A DNA stretch of 64,000 nt. Origin: Pelagibacteraceae bacterium AG-337-G06. GTDB taxonomy: Bacteria > Pseudomonadota > Alphaproteobacteria > Pelagibacterales > AG-422-B15. Shown here in pieces: positions 31,430-41,044 of the stretch (positions are counted from its first letter, which is position 1; the number at the start of each line of letters is the position of its first letter). The notes beneath the pieces are model-generated. The model made no database searches and had not been told where the DNA came from. It worked only from the letters and a program-made list of their open reading frames with translations. The stretch spans positions 50,742 through 114,741 of the forward strand of contig QBZX01000002.1 of NCBI GenBank assembly GCA_003282175.1, in the 5' to 3' direction. A program made the position numbers and the translations under genes.

Positions 31430-32719
31430 TTAATTCACCTTTAAATTTTTTTTATCGAGTGTGCCAGACATATACATAATTTGAGTTTTAACAATTTCTC
31501 TATCTTTTTGTTTATTGAAATAATTGATTTCTGAATTGAGCAATGACTGTCTAGCTTTCAATACATCGAGCACACTTCTTTCACCAACTTCTTGTTCTAT
31601 TACAGTGCCTTTATAGGCAGTTTGATTAGCATTGTAAGTAAGCTCAGCAGCTTTTATTGTTTGTTCAGAAATTTGGAACTTATCCCAGATATTCTCAGAA
31701 AGGATTACTGTCTCATTACGAGTTTTTTGCAAAAGTATATATTGACTGTTTTTCATTTCTTTTGCTTTACGCACATTGGATAATGACTTTCCAGCCGTAA
31801 AGATTGGCCAATTAAGAGAAGCTTTGATTTCTTCGCTAGTTAGCTCATCTACAGTTGATGAATATTCATCTAATTCAGACTTAGTTGCTGTGAGATTTAG
31901 TTGTGGATAGTAAGCAGATTGTGCGACCCCTACATTAGCATCCATAATATTCAAGTTTGCTTCAGCCATTCGTATAGAATAATTATTGGCAATTAAGCTC
32001 TCTTTAAATTGATTGAGTGAATTTGGTATATCTGCGTTAATTTCGGAAAAAATTAAATCTTCTGCTTCAACACCAACTAAATCAATGAATAAATTTTTTA
32101 AATTTTTTAGGATTATTTTTGAATCTAACAAATCAATCTTGGCATTATTTAAGTATGCTTCAGCCTGAGCAACGTCAGTTTTAGATGCAAGTCCAACCTC
32201 ATATTCCTTTATTGTTGCATTTGATCGTTCTGTGACTGACTCAAGATTATCTCTATATGACTGAACGGTCTTTTCAGCAATTAGAACATTATAATAAGCT
32301 TCAATTGTTTCTAATATTATATCCTGTGTTACTTTCTTCTCATTTAGTCTTTTCAGATTCAGAGATTCCTTTGATGATATTGAATTATAAATACGGCTGA
32401 AGCCGCTAAACAAATTTTGGGATAAAATTATTGATTTACTGCTTGGGGATAACTCGTAATCATTTGAGGTAATACCTGACTGTGCTCTAAGGTTTGAGTA
32501 TTCGGTTTCGGCTATATTAGCGTTTATATTAATAGAGGGTAAGTAACTAGTCTTTGATTGAAAATAATCTTCCTCAGCAATATCTACTGCATTGGCCTCT
32601 ATTTTAAGTAACAAGTTATTTGCCAAAGACTCATCAATTGCTTCATTTAAACTTAATGCTCCTGCATTGTTTGATAGCAACAATGTTGATAAACTTATTA
32701 GATACACAAAAAATTTCAT
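31430..32719 (-). CDS. TolC-family outer membrane channel
   Basis: Signal peptide, LSLNEAI..SL.NN, YEVGLASKTDVAQAEA, VGERSVLDVL.A. ATG 32719 has AGGA upstream. Confidence 0.9.
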   Translation of the reverse strand: MKFFVYLISLSTLLLSNNAGALSLNEAIDESLANNLLLKIEANAVDIAEEDYFQSKTSYLPSININANIAETEYSNLRAQSGITSNDYELSPSSKSIILSQNLFSGFSRIYNSISSKESLNLKRLNEKKVTQDIILETIEAYYNVLIAEKTVQSYRDNLESVTERSNATIKEYEVGLASKTDVAQAEAYLNNAKIDLLDSKIILKNLKNLFIDLVGVEAEDLIFSEINADIPNSLNQFKESLIANNYSIRMAEANLNIMDANVGVAQSAYYPQLNLTATKSELDEYSSTVDELTSEEIKASLNWPIFTAGKSLSNVRKAKEMKNSQYILLQKTRNETVILSENIWDKFQISEQTIKAAELTYNANQTAYKGTVIEQEVGERSVLDVLKARQSLLNSEINYFNKQKDREIVKTQIMYMSGTLDKKNLKVN

Positions 32720-32745
32720 ATTCAAGTTCCTAAAAAAGAAGGTAT

Positions 32746-32794
32746 CTATATCAGTTTGATATATATTATCAATACCTATATCAATTTGATATAG
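32746..32794. promoter_or_regulatory. Two tandem palindromic operators (putative PadR sites)
   Basis: TATATCA-GTT-TGATATA (32747-32763) and CTATATCA-ATT-TGATATAG (32776-32794), offset by exactly 30 bp, just upstream of tolC-padR. Confidence 0.7.
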
Positions 32795-32858
32795 TAGAAT
32801 TTAATATTATTTCAAGTAGTATGCATCTACTATTAAATTGTTGAAAAATAACGACTTT

Positions 32859-33482
32859 ATGAAAATAAAGAATAAATCATTCAAAGATAAAAGTAAGAAA
32901 TGGCTTAAAAGGCATGTAGATGATGAGTTTGTGCAAAAGTCTATTAGTGATAATTATAGATCCAGGGCTGCATACAAGCTAATAGAAATTATTGAGAAAT
33001 ATAAAATATTAGATGGAGTTAAAAATATAATTGATTTGGGCTCAGCGCCTGGAAGTTGGTGTCAAGTGCTTAAAAATCAAGGGAAAAGTCTAAGCTCAAT
33101 AATTGCTGTAGATATCCTAGAAATGGCAGAAATTAAGGGTGTCACTTTTTACCAATCAGACTTTTTATCTTCAGAGTTCGAGATAGTTTCCAAAACTGTA
33201 GGCCCATTTGATCTTATACTTTCTGATATCTCGCCTAATTTGTCAGGCAATAAAGTCTCTGATTTTCTTCTTTCCAAGGATTTGGTTGAGAATGCCTTAA
33301 GTTTTTCACTTCAGAATCTTAATACTAATGGGCATTTTGTGGCAAAGTATTTCAGAACAGGCGATATTTCAGATGTTCTTACTATATGTAAAAGGAATTT
33401 TTATAAGGTTGCTTCATTTAAGCCAAAATCAAGCAGAAAAAATTCGAGTGAAATATACCTAGTTTGCCTTAGAAAAAAATAA
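32859..33482 (+). CDS. rlmE: 23S rRNA Um2552 methyltransferase RlmE/FtsJ
   Basis: S.KWL.RH..D.FV, YRSRAAYKL.EI, DLGSAPGSW, LSDISPN, KP.SSR..SSEIY. Confidence 0.93.
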   Translation: MKIKNKSFKDKSKKWLKRHVDDEFVQKSISDNYRSRAAYKLIEIIEKYKILDGVKNIIDLGSAPGSWCQVLKNQGKSLSSIIAVDILEMAEIKGVTFYQSDFLSSEFEIVSKTVGPFDLILSDISPNLSGNKVSDFLLSKDLVENALSFSLQNLNTNGHFVAKYFRTGDISDVLTICKRNFYKVASFKPKSSRKNSSEIYLVCLRKK

Positions 33483-33490
33483 CACCTTGA

Positions 33491-33519
33491 TTGACATAAT
33501 TTGTTAAATAATTTATTCA
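33491..33519 (+). promoter_or_regulatory. Putative sigma70 promoter of guaB (leaderless-type)
   Basis: Perfect TTGACA-N17-TATTCA, ending 6 nt before ATG 33526. Confidence 0.5.
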
Positions 33520-33525
33520 TCAGAG

Positions 33526-34992
33526 ATGGAGCGTTCCGCTATTCAAAAATCTCTTTCATTTGACGATGTCCTAATAAAGCCTGCGCGCTCGTCTATTCTT
33601 CCCACTGAGGTCCAATCACATACGTCTATCACTTCAAATATAAAACTTGGCATACCATTAATTTCCTCTGCGATGGATACTGTTACCGAATATAAGTTAG
33701 CTATCGCTATTGCTCAATCTGGTGGACTGGGGATACTTCATAAGAATATGTCTATTGACGATCAAGCGCAAAATGTTGCGAAAGTAAAAAAGTTTGAAAC
33801 TGGCATGGTAATTGACCCAGTGACTATAGCACCTGAAGCCACTCTATCAGATGCTTTAGATCTAATGAAAGAGCATCAAATTTCTGGTGTTCCTGTAGTC
33901 GATAGGAACGATAAATTACTTGGCATTTTAACCAATAGAGATGTTCGTTTTGCAACTAACATGTCTCAAAAAATTAGTGAATTAATGACAAGTGAAAATT
34001 TGATTACCGTTAAAGAGGGAATCTCTAGCGACGATGCACAAAAATTACTACATGCTCATAGAATTGAAAAATTAATTGTTGTTGATGATAATAGAAAATG
34101 TATTGGGTTAATCACGGTGAAAGACATCGAAAAAAGTCAACTCAACCCTCATGCATCTAAGGATGCCAAAGGAAGGCTGATAGTAGGCTCTGCAATAGGC
34201 GTTGGAATAGAAGCAATTAATAGAGCTGAACGCTTAATTGATGCTGGTGTAGATGTATTGGCAATAGATACTGCCCATGGCCACTCAGAAAAAGTTATTT
34301 CTACTCTTGAAGAAATTAAATCTCATTTTTCTATTGACGTAATCGTTGGCAATGTAGCTACAAAAGAAGCCACAGCAGAATTAATTGATAAAGGTGCAGA
34401 TTGTATAAAAGTTGGTATAGGTCCAGGGTCAATTTGTACTACAAGAGTGGTTGCTGGTATAGGGGTCCCTCAATTCTCAGCAATTTTGGATTGTTCTGAA
34501 ATTGCAAACAAAAAAAATATTCCTGTCATTGCTGATGGAGGCATAAAATATTCTGGAGATATTGCAAAAGCTCTAGGCGCAGGAGCTAACGCAGTTATGA
34601 TAGGATCATTGTTTGCAGGGACTGACGAGTCACCAGGAGAAGTTTACTTATTTAAAGGTAGAAGCTATAAATCATATCGTGGAATGGGTTCTTTGGGTGC
34701 AATGGCACGAGGGTCTGCAGATAGATATTTTCAAGAAGAGATTACAGAAAGCAATAAACATGTACCTGAAGGAATTGAAGGAAGAGTTCCATACAAAGGA
34801 CCAATATCACCAATAATATATCAACTTGTTGGAGGCCTCAAAGCTTCAATGGGCTACACAGGTTCTAAAGATATTATGCGATTTAAGAAGAATGTTCAGT
34901 TTATTGAAATCACAGGCGCAGGATTAAAAGAGAGTCATGTGCATGATGTTGACATCACTCGTGAGTCGCCAAATTATCCAACAAACATTTAA
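33526..34992 (+). CDS. guaB: IMP dehydrogenase
   Basis: [11 protein letters not shown] pair, catalytic loop [34 protein letters not shown]. Confidence 0.98.
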   Translation: MERSAIQKSLSFDDVLIKPARSSILPTEVQSHTSITSNIKLGIPLISSAMDTVTEYKLAIAIAQSGGLGILHKNMSIDDQAQNVAKVKKFETGMVIDPVTIAPEATLSDALDLMKEHQISGVPVVDRNDKLLGILTNRDVRFATNMSQKISELMTSENLITVKEGISSDDAQKLLHAHRIEKLIVVDDNRKCIGLITVKDIEKSQLNPHASKDAKGRLIVGSAIGVGIEAINRAERLIDAGVDVLAIDTAHGHSEKVISTLEEIKSHFSIDVIVGNVATKEATAELIDKGADCIKVGIGPGSICTTRVVAGIGVPQFSAILDCSEIANKKNIPVIADGGIKYSGDIAKALGAGANAVMIGSLFAGTDESPGEVYLFKGRSYKSYRGMGSLGAMARGSADRYFQEEITESNKHVPEGIEGRVPYKGPISPIIYQLVGGLKASMGYTGSKDIMRFKKNVQFIEITGAGLKESHVHDVDITRESPNYPTNI

Positions 34993-34996
34993 GTAG

Positions 34997-35395
34997 ATGA
35001 AATATTTTATAATTTTAATTTTTTTTTTATACTCATTTCATTCTTTGTCTGCATCAAATTTTTATGACAATGCTCTAGAGAGTTTCTATGACACTAGTTA
35101 CGAAACAGCCATTAAATATCTAGAAAAGGAAATTGTATTCAACCCTAAATCATCTGAGTCATTTCTTTTACTTGGGAAATCTTATGAAAAGATTGACGAT
35201 CTAATCACTGCCAATAAATATTATAATATTGCGTTTACATTAATACCTCACAATTTAGAGCTTAACTTTCTTTTAGGAAAGACTGCATATAACTTAGGTA
35301 ATATAGAAGATTATGCTGAATTTATTTCTAATTTAGAAATCCTTTGTGATAATGATTGTGAAGAAATTAACAACTTAAAGATACTAGCTGAGTAG
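34997..35395 (+). CDS. Small exported tetratricopeptide-repeat protein
   Basis: Signal peptide, TPR-like helices (A...LEK.I.FNP...ES..LLG..Y), C-terminal LC...CEE...L. Confidence 0.75.
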   Translation: MKYFIILIFFLYSFHSLSASNFYDNALESFYDTSYETAIKYLEKEIVFNPKSSESFLLLGKSYEKIDDLITANKYYNIAFTLIPHNLELNFLLGKTAYNLGNIEDYAEFISNLEILCDNDCEEINNLKILAE

Positions 35396-35396
35396 T

Positions 35397-36935
35397 ATGA
35401 TTTATATTGTTGACTTCGGCTCTCAGGTAACCCAATTAATTGCAAGAAGAGTTCGAGAGGCTGGTGTTTACTGTGAAATTGTAAGTAACATTAACCTTTT
35501 AAATAAAATTAAGGATACTAAACCAACTGGTATTATATTCTCAGGTGGTCCAGCAAGTGTTCATAAGTCGCGTACGCCAAAAATTAACCAGAAAATCTTC
35601 TCCTTAAATATTCCGATTCTAGGAATTTGTTATGGTATGCAACTTATAGTCCATCAACTTGGAGGTAAAGTTGAAATATCTAATAAACGTGAATTCGGTA
35701 AAACATTAATTACGCATATTAATAAAAGTAAGCTGTTTCAAGGTATAAAATTGAAAAATAAACAACATTTTGTTTGGATGAGCCATGGTGATAAGGCAAT
35801 TAAATTGCCCAAAGATTTTTTTACTATTGCAAAAAGTAAAAACTCTAAATTTGTAGGCATAGAAAATAAAAAACTAAAAATTTATGGTCTCCAATTTCAT
35901 CCAGAAGTGGTTCATACGCAACAAGGTGAAAAAATAATCAAGAATTTTATAATCAATGTTTGTAAATCAAAGCCAACATGGAGTATGCAAAACTATCTCA
36001 AAATGCAAGTTGCTAAAATAAAGATAAAAGTTGATAAGCACAAAGTAATTTGTGGGTTATCTGGAGGTGTAGATAGCATGGTGACTGCAGCAATAATTTC
36101 AAAAGCAATTGGTAAACAATTAACATGTATTTATGTGGACACTGGGTTAATGAGGCTAAATGAAACGAAGGAAGTTCAAAATTTATTCAAGAAGTATTTT
36201 AAATCGAGGCTTGTTACGGTTAATGCCAAGAATAAATTTTTTAATTCTCTTATAGGAATATCAGATCCTGAAAAAAAACGTAAAATTATAGGTAATCTAT
36301 TTATTAAAATATTTAATGCTGAGTCAAAAAAAATATCTAAGGCAAAATTCTTAGCCCAAGGTACTATCTACCCGGATATAATTGAAAGTAAAAGTTTTCA
36401 TGGAGGGCCGACTTCCGTCATTAAGTCCCATCATAATGTTGGAGGGTTACCCAAAAAAATGCAGCTAGAACTTGTTGAGCCTTTACAAGAATTATTTAAA
36501 GATGAAGTGCGCAGAGTCGGCAAAGAACTAAAATTGCCAAAAGAATTTATACAAAGACATCCATTTCCAGGACCTGGATTGGGTATTCGAGTATTGGGTG
36601 ATGTTACAAAAGAAAAAGCACAAATTTTACAACAGGCAGATAAAATTTATATTGATGAGATTAAAGCAGCTAATTTATATGATGAAATTTGGCAGGCTTT
36701 TGCTGTCTTATTGCCGGTTAGAACTGTTGGTGTAATGGGCGACCAAAGGTCATATGAGTTTGTTTGTGGCTTGAGAGCTGTTACATCTGTAGACGGCATG
36801 ACTGCTGATTTCTATCCTTTTAGTGGTGAATTTTTAAGTAAAGTTTCTACTCGTATTATTAATGAAGTGAAAGGGATTAATCGTGTAGTTTATGATACGA
36901 CTTCCAAACCGCCGGGCACTATTGAGTGGGAGTAG
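35397..36935 (+). CDS. guaA: GMP synthase (glutamine-hydrolysing)
   Basis: DFGSQ, GICYGMQ, QFHPEV, LSGGVDS, IKSHHNVGGLP, RHPFPGPGL, KPPGTIEWE. Confidence 0.98.
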   Translation: MIYIVDFGSQVTQLIARRVREAGVYCEIVSNINLLNKIKDTKPTGIIFSGGPASVHKSRTPKINQKIFSLNIPILGICYGMQLIVHQLGGKVEISNKREFGKTLITHINKSKLFQGIKLKNKQHFVWMSHGDKAIKLPKDFFTIAKSKNSKFVGIENKKLKIYGLQFHPEVVHTQQGEKIIKNFIINVCKSKPTWSMQNYLKMQVAKIKIKVDKHKVICGLSGGVDSMVTAAIISKAIGKQLTCIYVDTGLMRLNETKEVQNLFKKYFKSRLVTVNAKNKFFNSLIGISDPEKKRKIIGNLFIKIFNAESKKISKAKFLAQGTIYPDIIESKSFHGGPTSVIKSHHNVGGLPKKMQLELVEPLQELFKDEVRRVGKELKLPKEFIQRHPFPGPGLGIRVLGDVTKEKAQILQQADKIYIDEIKAANLYDEIWQAFAVLLPVRTVGVMGDQRSYEFVCGLRAVTSVDGMTADFYPFSGEFLSKVSTRIINEVKGINRVVYDTTSKPPGTIEWE

Positions 36936-36991
36936 ATTTTAACTATTAATTTTTACCTAAAAATTTAAATGAATATAACTATAATAAAGCA

Positions 36992-37507
36992 ATGAAAGAC
37001 TTTTTTTATAAAATCTTTAATTTTTTTAAATCAATATTTAAATTAAATTTTACTGATTTTACGTGGATTAAATCAGCTAAATTTATTGAGTTAAATAATA
37101 TTAATGTTTCAGAAGACCCTGTAAGACCAGAGCTTGATCTTGAATGGAGAACTACACATGACAGAAAAATATATGGTTTAGAATATAATAATGAAATTGA
37201 AGGCATAATGTGTTTGGCGTTTACTAAGGATGTTCCTCATTCAATAAGAGAATTGGACTTAATGAGCCGATTGGCAGTCTACGAGCAAAACGCTGATACA
37301 ATTATTGCTTATACTGTATGGTCTAGAAAAAAAGGTGCGGGCAAAAAAATTATGGAAGAAGCTCTAAAATTTGGCAAGGAGATGGGTTATAAAAGGATTG
37401 TTACTCTATCCCCATTGACTCCCATGGCCACTCATTACCACATCAGAAACGGGGCAAAACTCTTAGGACATAATCCAACGACCCAGAATTTTGAATATTC
37501 TCTCTAA
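36992..37507 (+). CDS. Hypothetical protein with GNAT-like fold (resembles a family seen in aquatic phages)
   Basis: EDPVRP, AYTVWSRKKGAGKKIM (GNAT motif-A-like), RIVTLSP, HYHIRNGAK, NFEY. Family resemblance is from recall only. Confidence 0.6.
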   Translation: MKDFFYKIFNFFKSIFKLNFTDFTWIKSAKFIELNNINVSEDPVRPELDLEWRTTHDRKIYGLEYNNEIEGIMCLAFTKDVPHSIRELDLMSRLAVYEQNADTIIAYTVWSRKKGAGKKIMEEALKFGKEMGYKRIVTLSPLTPMATHYHIRNGAKLLGHNPTTQNFEYSL

Positions 37508-37567
37508 TACTGCAGGCTATTAACTCAAATCCATGGAAACTAGATATAATTAAGCTATATATTAATC

Positions 37568-39010
37568 ATGGCATCTAAAAAGAACATAAATGTGATGTGG
37601 TTTAGGCAAGACCTGCGGTTAGCTGACAATCCCGCTTTATCAAAGTCATTAGAGGACGGAAAGACTTTGCCCATTTTTATATTTGATAATGTAAATTCAA
37701 AAGAACATACAAATGGCGCTGCAAGCAAGTGGTGGCTGCACAATTCATTAACAAAATTAAATAAGTCATTAGATAGTAAGCTCTGTTTTTTTAGAGGCAA
37801 CCCAATAGATATTCTTGATGAAATTAATAAACAATTTGAAATTTCAAATATATTCTGGAGTCGTTGTTATGAACCTTGGAGAATAAAAAGAGATAAAAAA
37901 ATAAAAAAATATTTCAGTGATAAAGATATAAATGTGAATACTTTTAATGGATCGCTTCTATGGGAGCCTTGGAATATAGCAAAAAAAGATGGCACTCCAT
38001 ATAAAGTGTTCACTCCCTACTATAGAAAAGGGTGTTTAAATTCGGAAAAGCCTCGCATGCCATTACCAGCACCTAATCTGTCTAATTTAATATCAATTGA
38101 TAACCATAATGTAAAAATAGATGACTTGGAGTTAGTGCCTAGGCAAAATTGGCATAATAAAATGACTTCTCTTTGGTCTCCAGGAGAAGAAGGTGCACTT
38201 TATAAAATTGAAGAATTTATTTCAAATGGATTAAATAATTATAAAGAAGGCAGAAATTTTCCGTCCAAGCAGAACGTTTCTCAACTTTCACCTCATTTAC
38301 ACTTTGGTGAAGTCTCACCAAACCAAGTATGGTATCGAGCAAAGACAAAAGAAGGAAAATTAGGTATTAAGAAAGACTTAGATCACTTCTTAAGTGAATT
38401 AGGTTGGCGAGAGTTTTCTTTTAATTTGCTCTATCATTTTCCATTTCTTCCAAAGGAAAATTTACAAAAAAAGTTTGATAATTTTCCTTGGGACAATGAC
38501 AAAGATAAATTAAAGAAGTGGCAAAGAGGACTAACTGGATATCCCATTGTGGATGCTGGCATGCAAGAATTATGGCAAACTGGCTATATGCATAATAGAC
38601 TAAGAATGGTAGTAGGCTCATTTCTTGTAAAAAATTTACTTTTGCATTGGCATCATGGAGAAAGATGGTTTTGGGATTGTTTAATTGATGCAGATCTTGC
38701 GAGTAATAGTGCAGGGTGGCAATGGATCGCTGGCTCAGGCGCAGATGCTGCTCCTTATTTTAGAATTTTTAATCCAATAACACAGGGACAGAAATTCGAT
38801 CCAGATGGAAAATATACAAGAAAATACTTGCCTGTTTTAAGCAATATACCAGATAAATTCTTATTTAATCCTTGGGAAGCCCCTGAAGATGTTTTAAGAT
38901 CAGCGGGTGTAAAGCTTGGCGAAAATTATCCACTACCCATTGTTGAAATTGGTTCTTCCCGTCAAAAAGCTTTAGAGGCATTTGCTACAACTAAAACTTT
39001 AATATCCTAA
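37568..39010 (+). CDS. phrB: CPD DNA photolyase (class I/III type)
   Basis: WFRQDLRLADNPAL, SQLSPHLHFGEVS, ELGWREF, TGYPIVDAGM.ELW.TGYMHNRLRM, GWQWIAGSGADAAPYFRIFNP. Confidence 0.93.
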   Translation: MASKKNINVMWFRQDLRLADNPALSKSLEDGKTLPIFIFDNVNSKEHTNGAASKWWLHNSLTKLNKSLDSKLCFFRGNPIDILDEINKQFEISNIFWSRCYEPWRIKRDKKIKKYFSDKDINVNTFNGSLLWEPWNIAKKDGTPYKVFTPYYRKGCLNSEKPRMPLPAPNLSNLISIDNHNVKIDDLELVPRQNWHNKMTSLWSPGEEGALYKIEEFISNGLNNYKEGRNFPSKQNVSQLSPHLHFGEVSPNQVWYRAKTKEGKLGIKKDLDHFLSELGWREFSFNLLYHFPFLPKENLQKKFDNFPWDNDKDKLKKWQRGLTGYPIVDAGMQELWQTGYMHNRLRMVVGSFLVKNLLLHWHHGERWFWDCLIDADLASNSAGWQWIAGSGADAAPYFRIFNPITQGQKFDPDGKYTRKYLPVLSNIPDKFLFNPWEAPEDVLRSAGVKLGENYPLPIVEIGSSRQKALEAFATTKTLIS

Positions 39011-39528
39011 TGAATACAGACACTATTCTTCTCATTGTTCAAATGGTAGCTGCATTTGGTGTACTGGTCTCTGTTATTTATTTAGGATTACAAATTCATC
39101 AACAAAATGAAATTACCAAAGCTCAATTTGGACATTCCCTTACTCAGCGAATGTATGAAAGATATTTTAATACAGCTAAAGATAAGGAGTTTAGTAATTT
39201 TTTAGCTAAGGATTGGGCTACTGGTGACTTAGATGACTCTGACAAATGGCGAGTAGCTATTTTTATAAATACATTATTGGTAGATATATTCGATACTTAT
39301 GAAAAAGTTGAGAAAGGGTTTGTAGATGAATCACATTTAAAAATGAGGATGCACATGCTTAAGCTTGGAGTAATGAAAGCACCTATAGCGCAATCTTCAT
39401 GGAAATATTGGAAAGGAATAAAGTCAGATGAATTTATTAAATGGTTTGAAGCAGAAATATATGGAGATTCTGACTCTTTTAATGAAGGGTATCAAGAAGA
39501 AGTAATCCCTAATGTTAGGCGAAAATAG
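39010..39528 (+). CDS. Hypothetical protein with N-terminal TM helix
   Basis: 172-aa ORF coupled to the photolyase (TAATG overlap); hydrophobic LLIVQMVAAFGVLVSVIYLGLQI. Confidence 0.7.
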   Translation: MNTDTILLIVQMVAAFGVLVSVIYLGLQIHQQNEITKAQFGHSLTQRMYERYFNTAKDKEFSNFLAKDWATGDLDDSDKWRVAIFINTLLVDIFDTYEKVEKGFVDESHLKMRMHMLKLGVMKAPIAQSSWKYWKGIKSDEFIKWFEAEIYGDSDSFNEGYQEEVIPNVRRK

Positions 39529-39583
39529 CCAGTTTTTTAGCTTTTTATAGAAATTTTTCTATTTCTAAAGTATAAACCGCTGC

Positions 39584-40411
39584 ATGAAACGTAAATCTGT
39601 AATTGATATCAAAAACCAAAAGGGAAAAACCCCAATTGTTTGCTTAACGGCTTACACTTCCCCCATTGCAAGATCTATTGACGGCTGTGGTGATCTTTTA
39701 TTAGTAGGTGACTCGCTTGGCATGGTTCTTTATGACTATCAAAATACATTACCTGTAACACTCTTCCAGATGATAGAGCATTCAAAATCTGTTGTTAATG
39801 CAACAAAAAAGTCTTGCATTATAGTTGATATGCCTTTTGGCACTTATGAAGAATCCGTTGACAAAGCTTTTATGAACGCCGCAAAAGTAATGAAGGAAAC
39901 AAACTGTAACGGTATAAAGCTTGAGGGTGGAAGAAATATGTTTGATACCGTAAAATATTTAACCGATCGTTCAATCCCAGTAATGGGGCATATTGGTCTT
40001 CAGCCTCAAAGTGTGCTTATAGATGGTGGTTATAAGGTAAAAGGAAGAAATAAATTTGATTGGGGTAAATATATTGATGATGCAATTGCAATAGAAGAGG
40101 CTGGAGCATTTTCAGTAGTACTAGAAGGCATGGCAGAACCATTAGCTGCGGAGATTACATCTAGAATTTCGATACCTACAATTGGCATAGGCGCCTCTCC
40201 TAATTGTGATGGCCAAGTATTAGTAACAGAAGATATGTTGGGCTTAACTAATATTGCACCTAAATTTGTGAAGAAATATGTTGATTTAGAAAGTTTAATA
40301 AAGAAGGCGGCAAGTCAATACGCAGATGAGGTTAGGAATAGAGAGTTTCCAGGCAATGAACATACTTACGCAATGGGCCCTCAAATCGTTAGAAAGAGCG
40401 AAGAAGATTAA
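39584..40411 (+). CDS. panB: 3-methyl-2-oxobutanoate hydroxymethyltransferase
   Basis: CLTAY, LLVGDSLGMV, VDMPFGTYE, KLEGG, MGHIGLQPQ, TIGIGA...CDGQVLV. Confidence 0.96.
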   Translation: MKRKSVIDIKNQKGKTPIVCLTAYTSPIARSIDGCGDLLLVGDSLGMVLYDYQNTLPVTLFQMIEHSKSVVNATKKSCIIVDMPFGTYEESVDKAFMNAAKVMKETNCNGIKLEGGRNMFDTVKYLTDRSIPVMGHIGLQPQSVLIDGGYKVKGRNKFDWGKYIDDAIAIEEAGAFSVVLEGMAEPLAAEITSRISIPTIGIGASPNCDGQVLVTEDMLGLTNIAPKFVKKYVDLESLIKKAASQYADEVRNREFPGNEHTYAMGPQIVRKSEED

Positions 40412-41043
40412 TGTCAGATATTTTAAGGCAAGTTGATGAAGAACTAAGGCAGGACCGTCTTTTGAATTTGTGGAGACGTTACCGTATATATTTAATTGGT
40501 GGACTTATTTTATTAATTGGTTCAGTTCTTGGCTATCAAATTAATAAATCATTAAATAAGTCATTTTATGAGAATGAAGTAGAGAAATATATAAATACGT
40601 TAGATCTTATAGATTTTAATCAAACAATTGAGGGTTTAAATAGAATTGATAATTCAAATCAGTTACTTATTTCAGGTATAGCTCAAATAAAAATTGCTAA
40701 GCTATTAATGGAAAATGGAAAAATGCAAGAGAGCAAATCCAAACTATTAGAAATTATTAATGAAGGCAAGGTAGACCCAATCATAAATGACCTGGCTATC
40801 TATTTTTATTTAATGAGCAATTTAAATGATATATCGATTGAAGAAATAAATATATATTTAGGCAGCAATAAATCAGAGAATAGTACTTTTAAATATCTTT
40901 TCAAAGAAACCATTGCTATTAAACATTTATTAGCAGGCAATATCAAACAAGCTAAAGAAAGATTTGATGAATTAATCAATGATGAAAATGCTCCAAGAGA
41001 TATTATTATTAGAGCGGCTAAATTTTTAGACACAATAAAGTAG
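40411..41043 (+). CDS. YfgM-like membrane-anchored TPR protein
   Basis: MSDI..QVDEELRQDRL..LW.RY plus a TM helix; canonical position upstream of bamB-der. Confidence 0.8.
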   Translation: MSDILRQVDEELRQDRLLNLWRRYRIYLIGGLILLIGSVLGYQINKSLNKSFYENEVEKYINTLDLIDFNQTIEGLNRIDNSNQLLISGIAQIKIAKLLMENGKMQESKSKLLEIINEGKVDPIINDLAIYFYLMSNLNDISIEEINIYLGSNKSENSTFKYLFKETIAIKHLLAGNIKQAKERFDELINDENAPRDIIIRAAKFLDTIK

Positions 41044-41044
41044 T

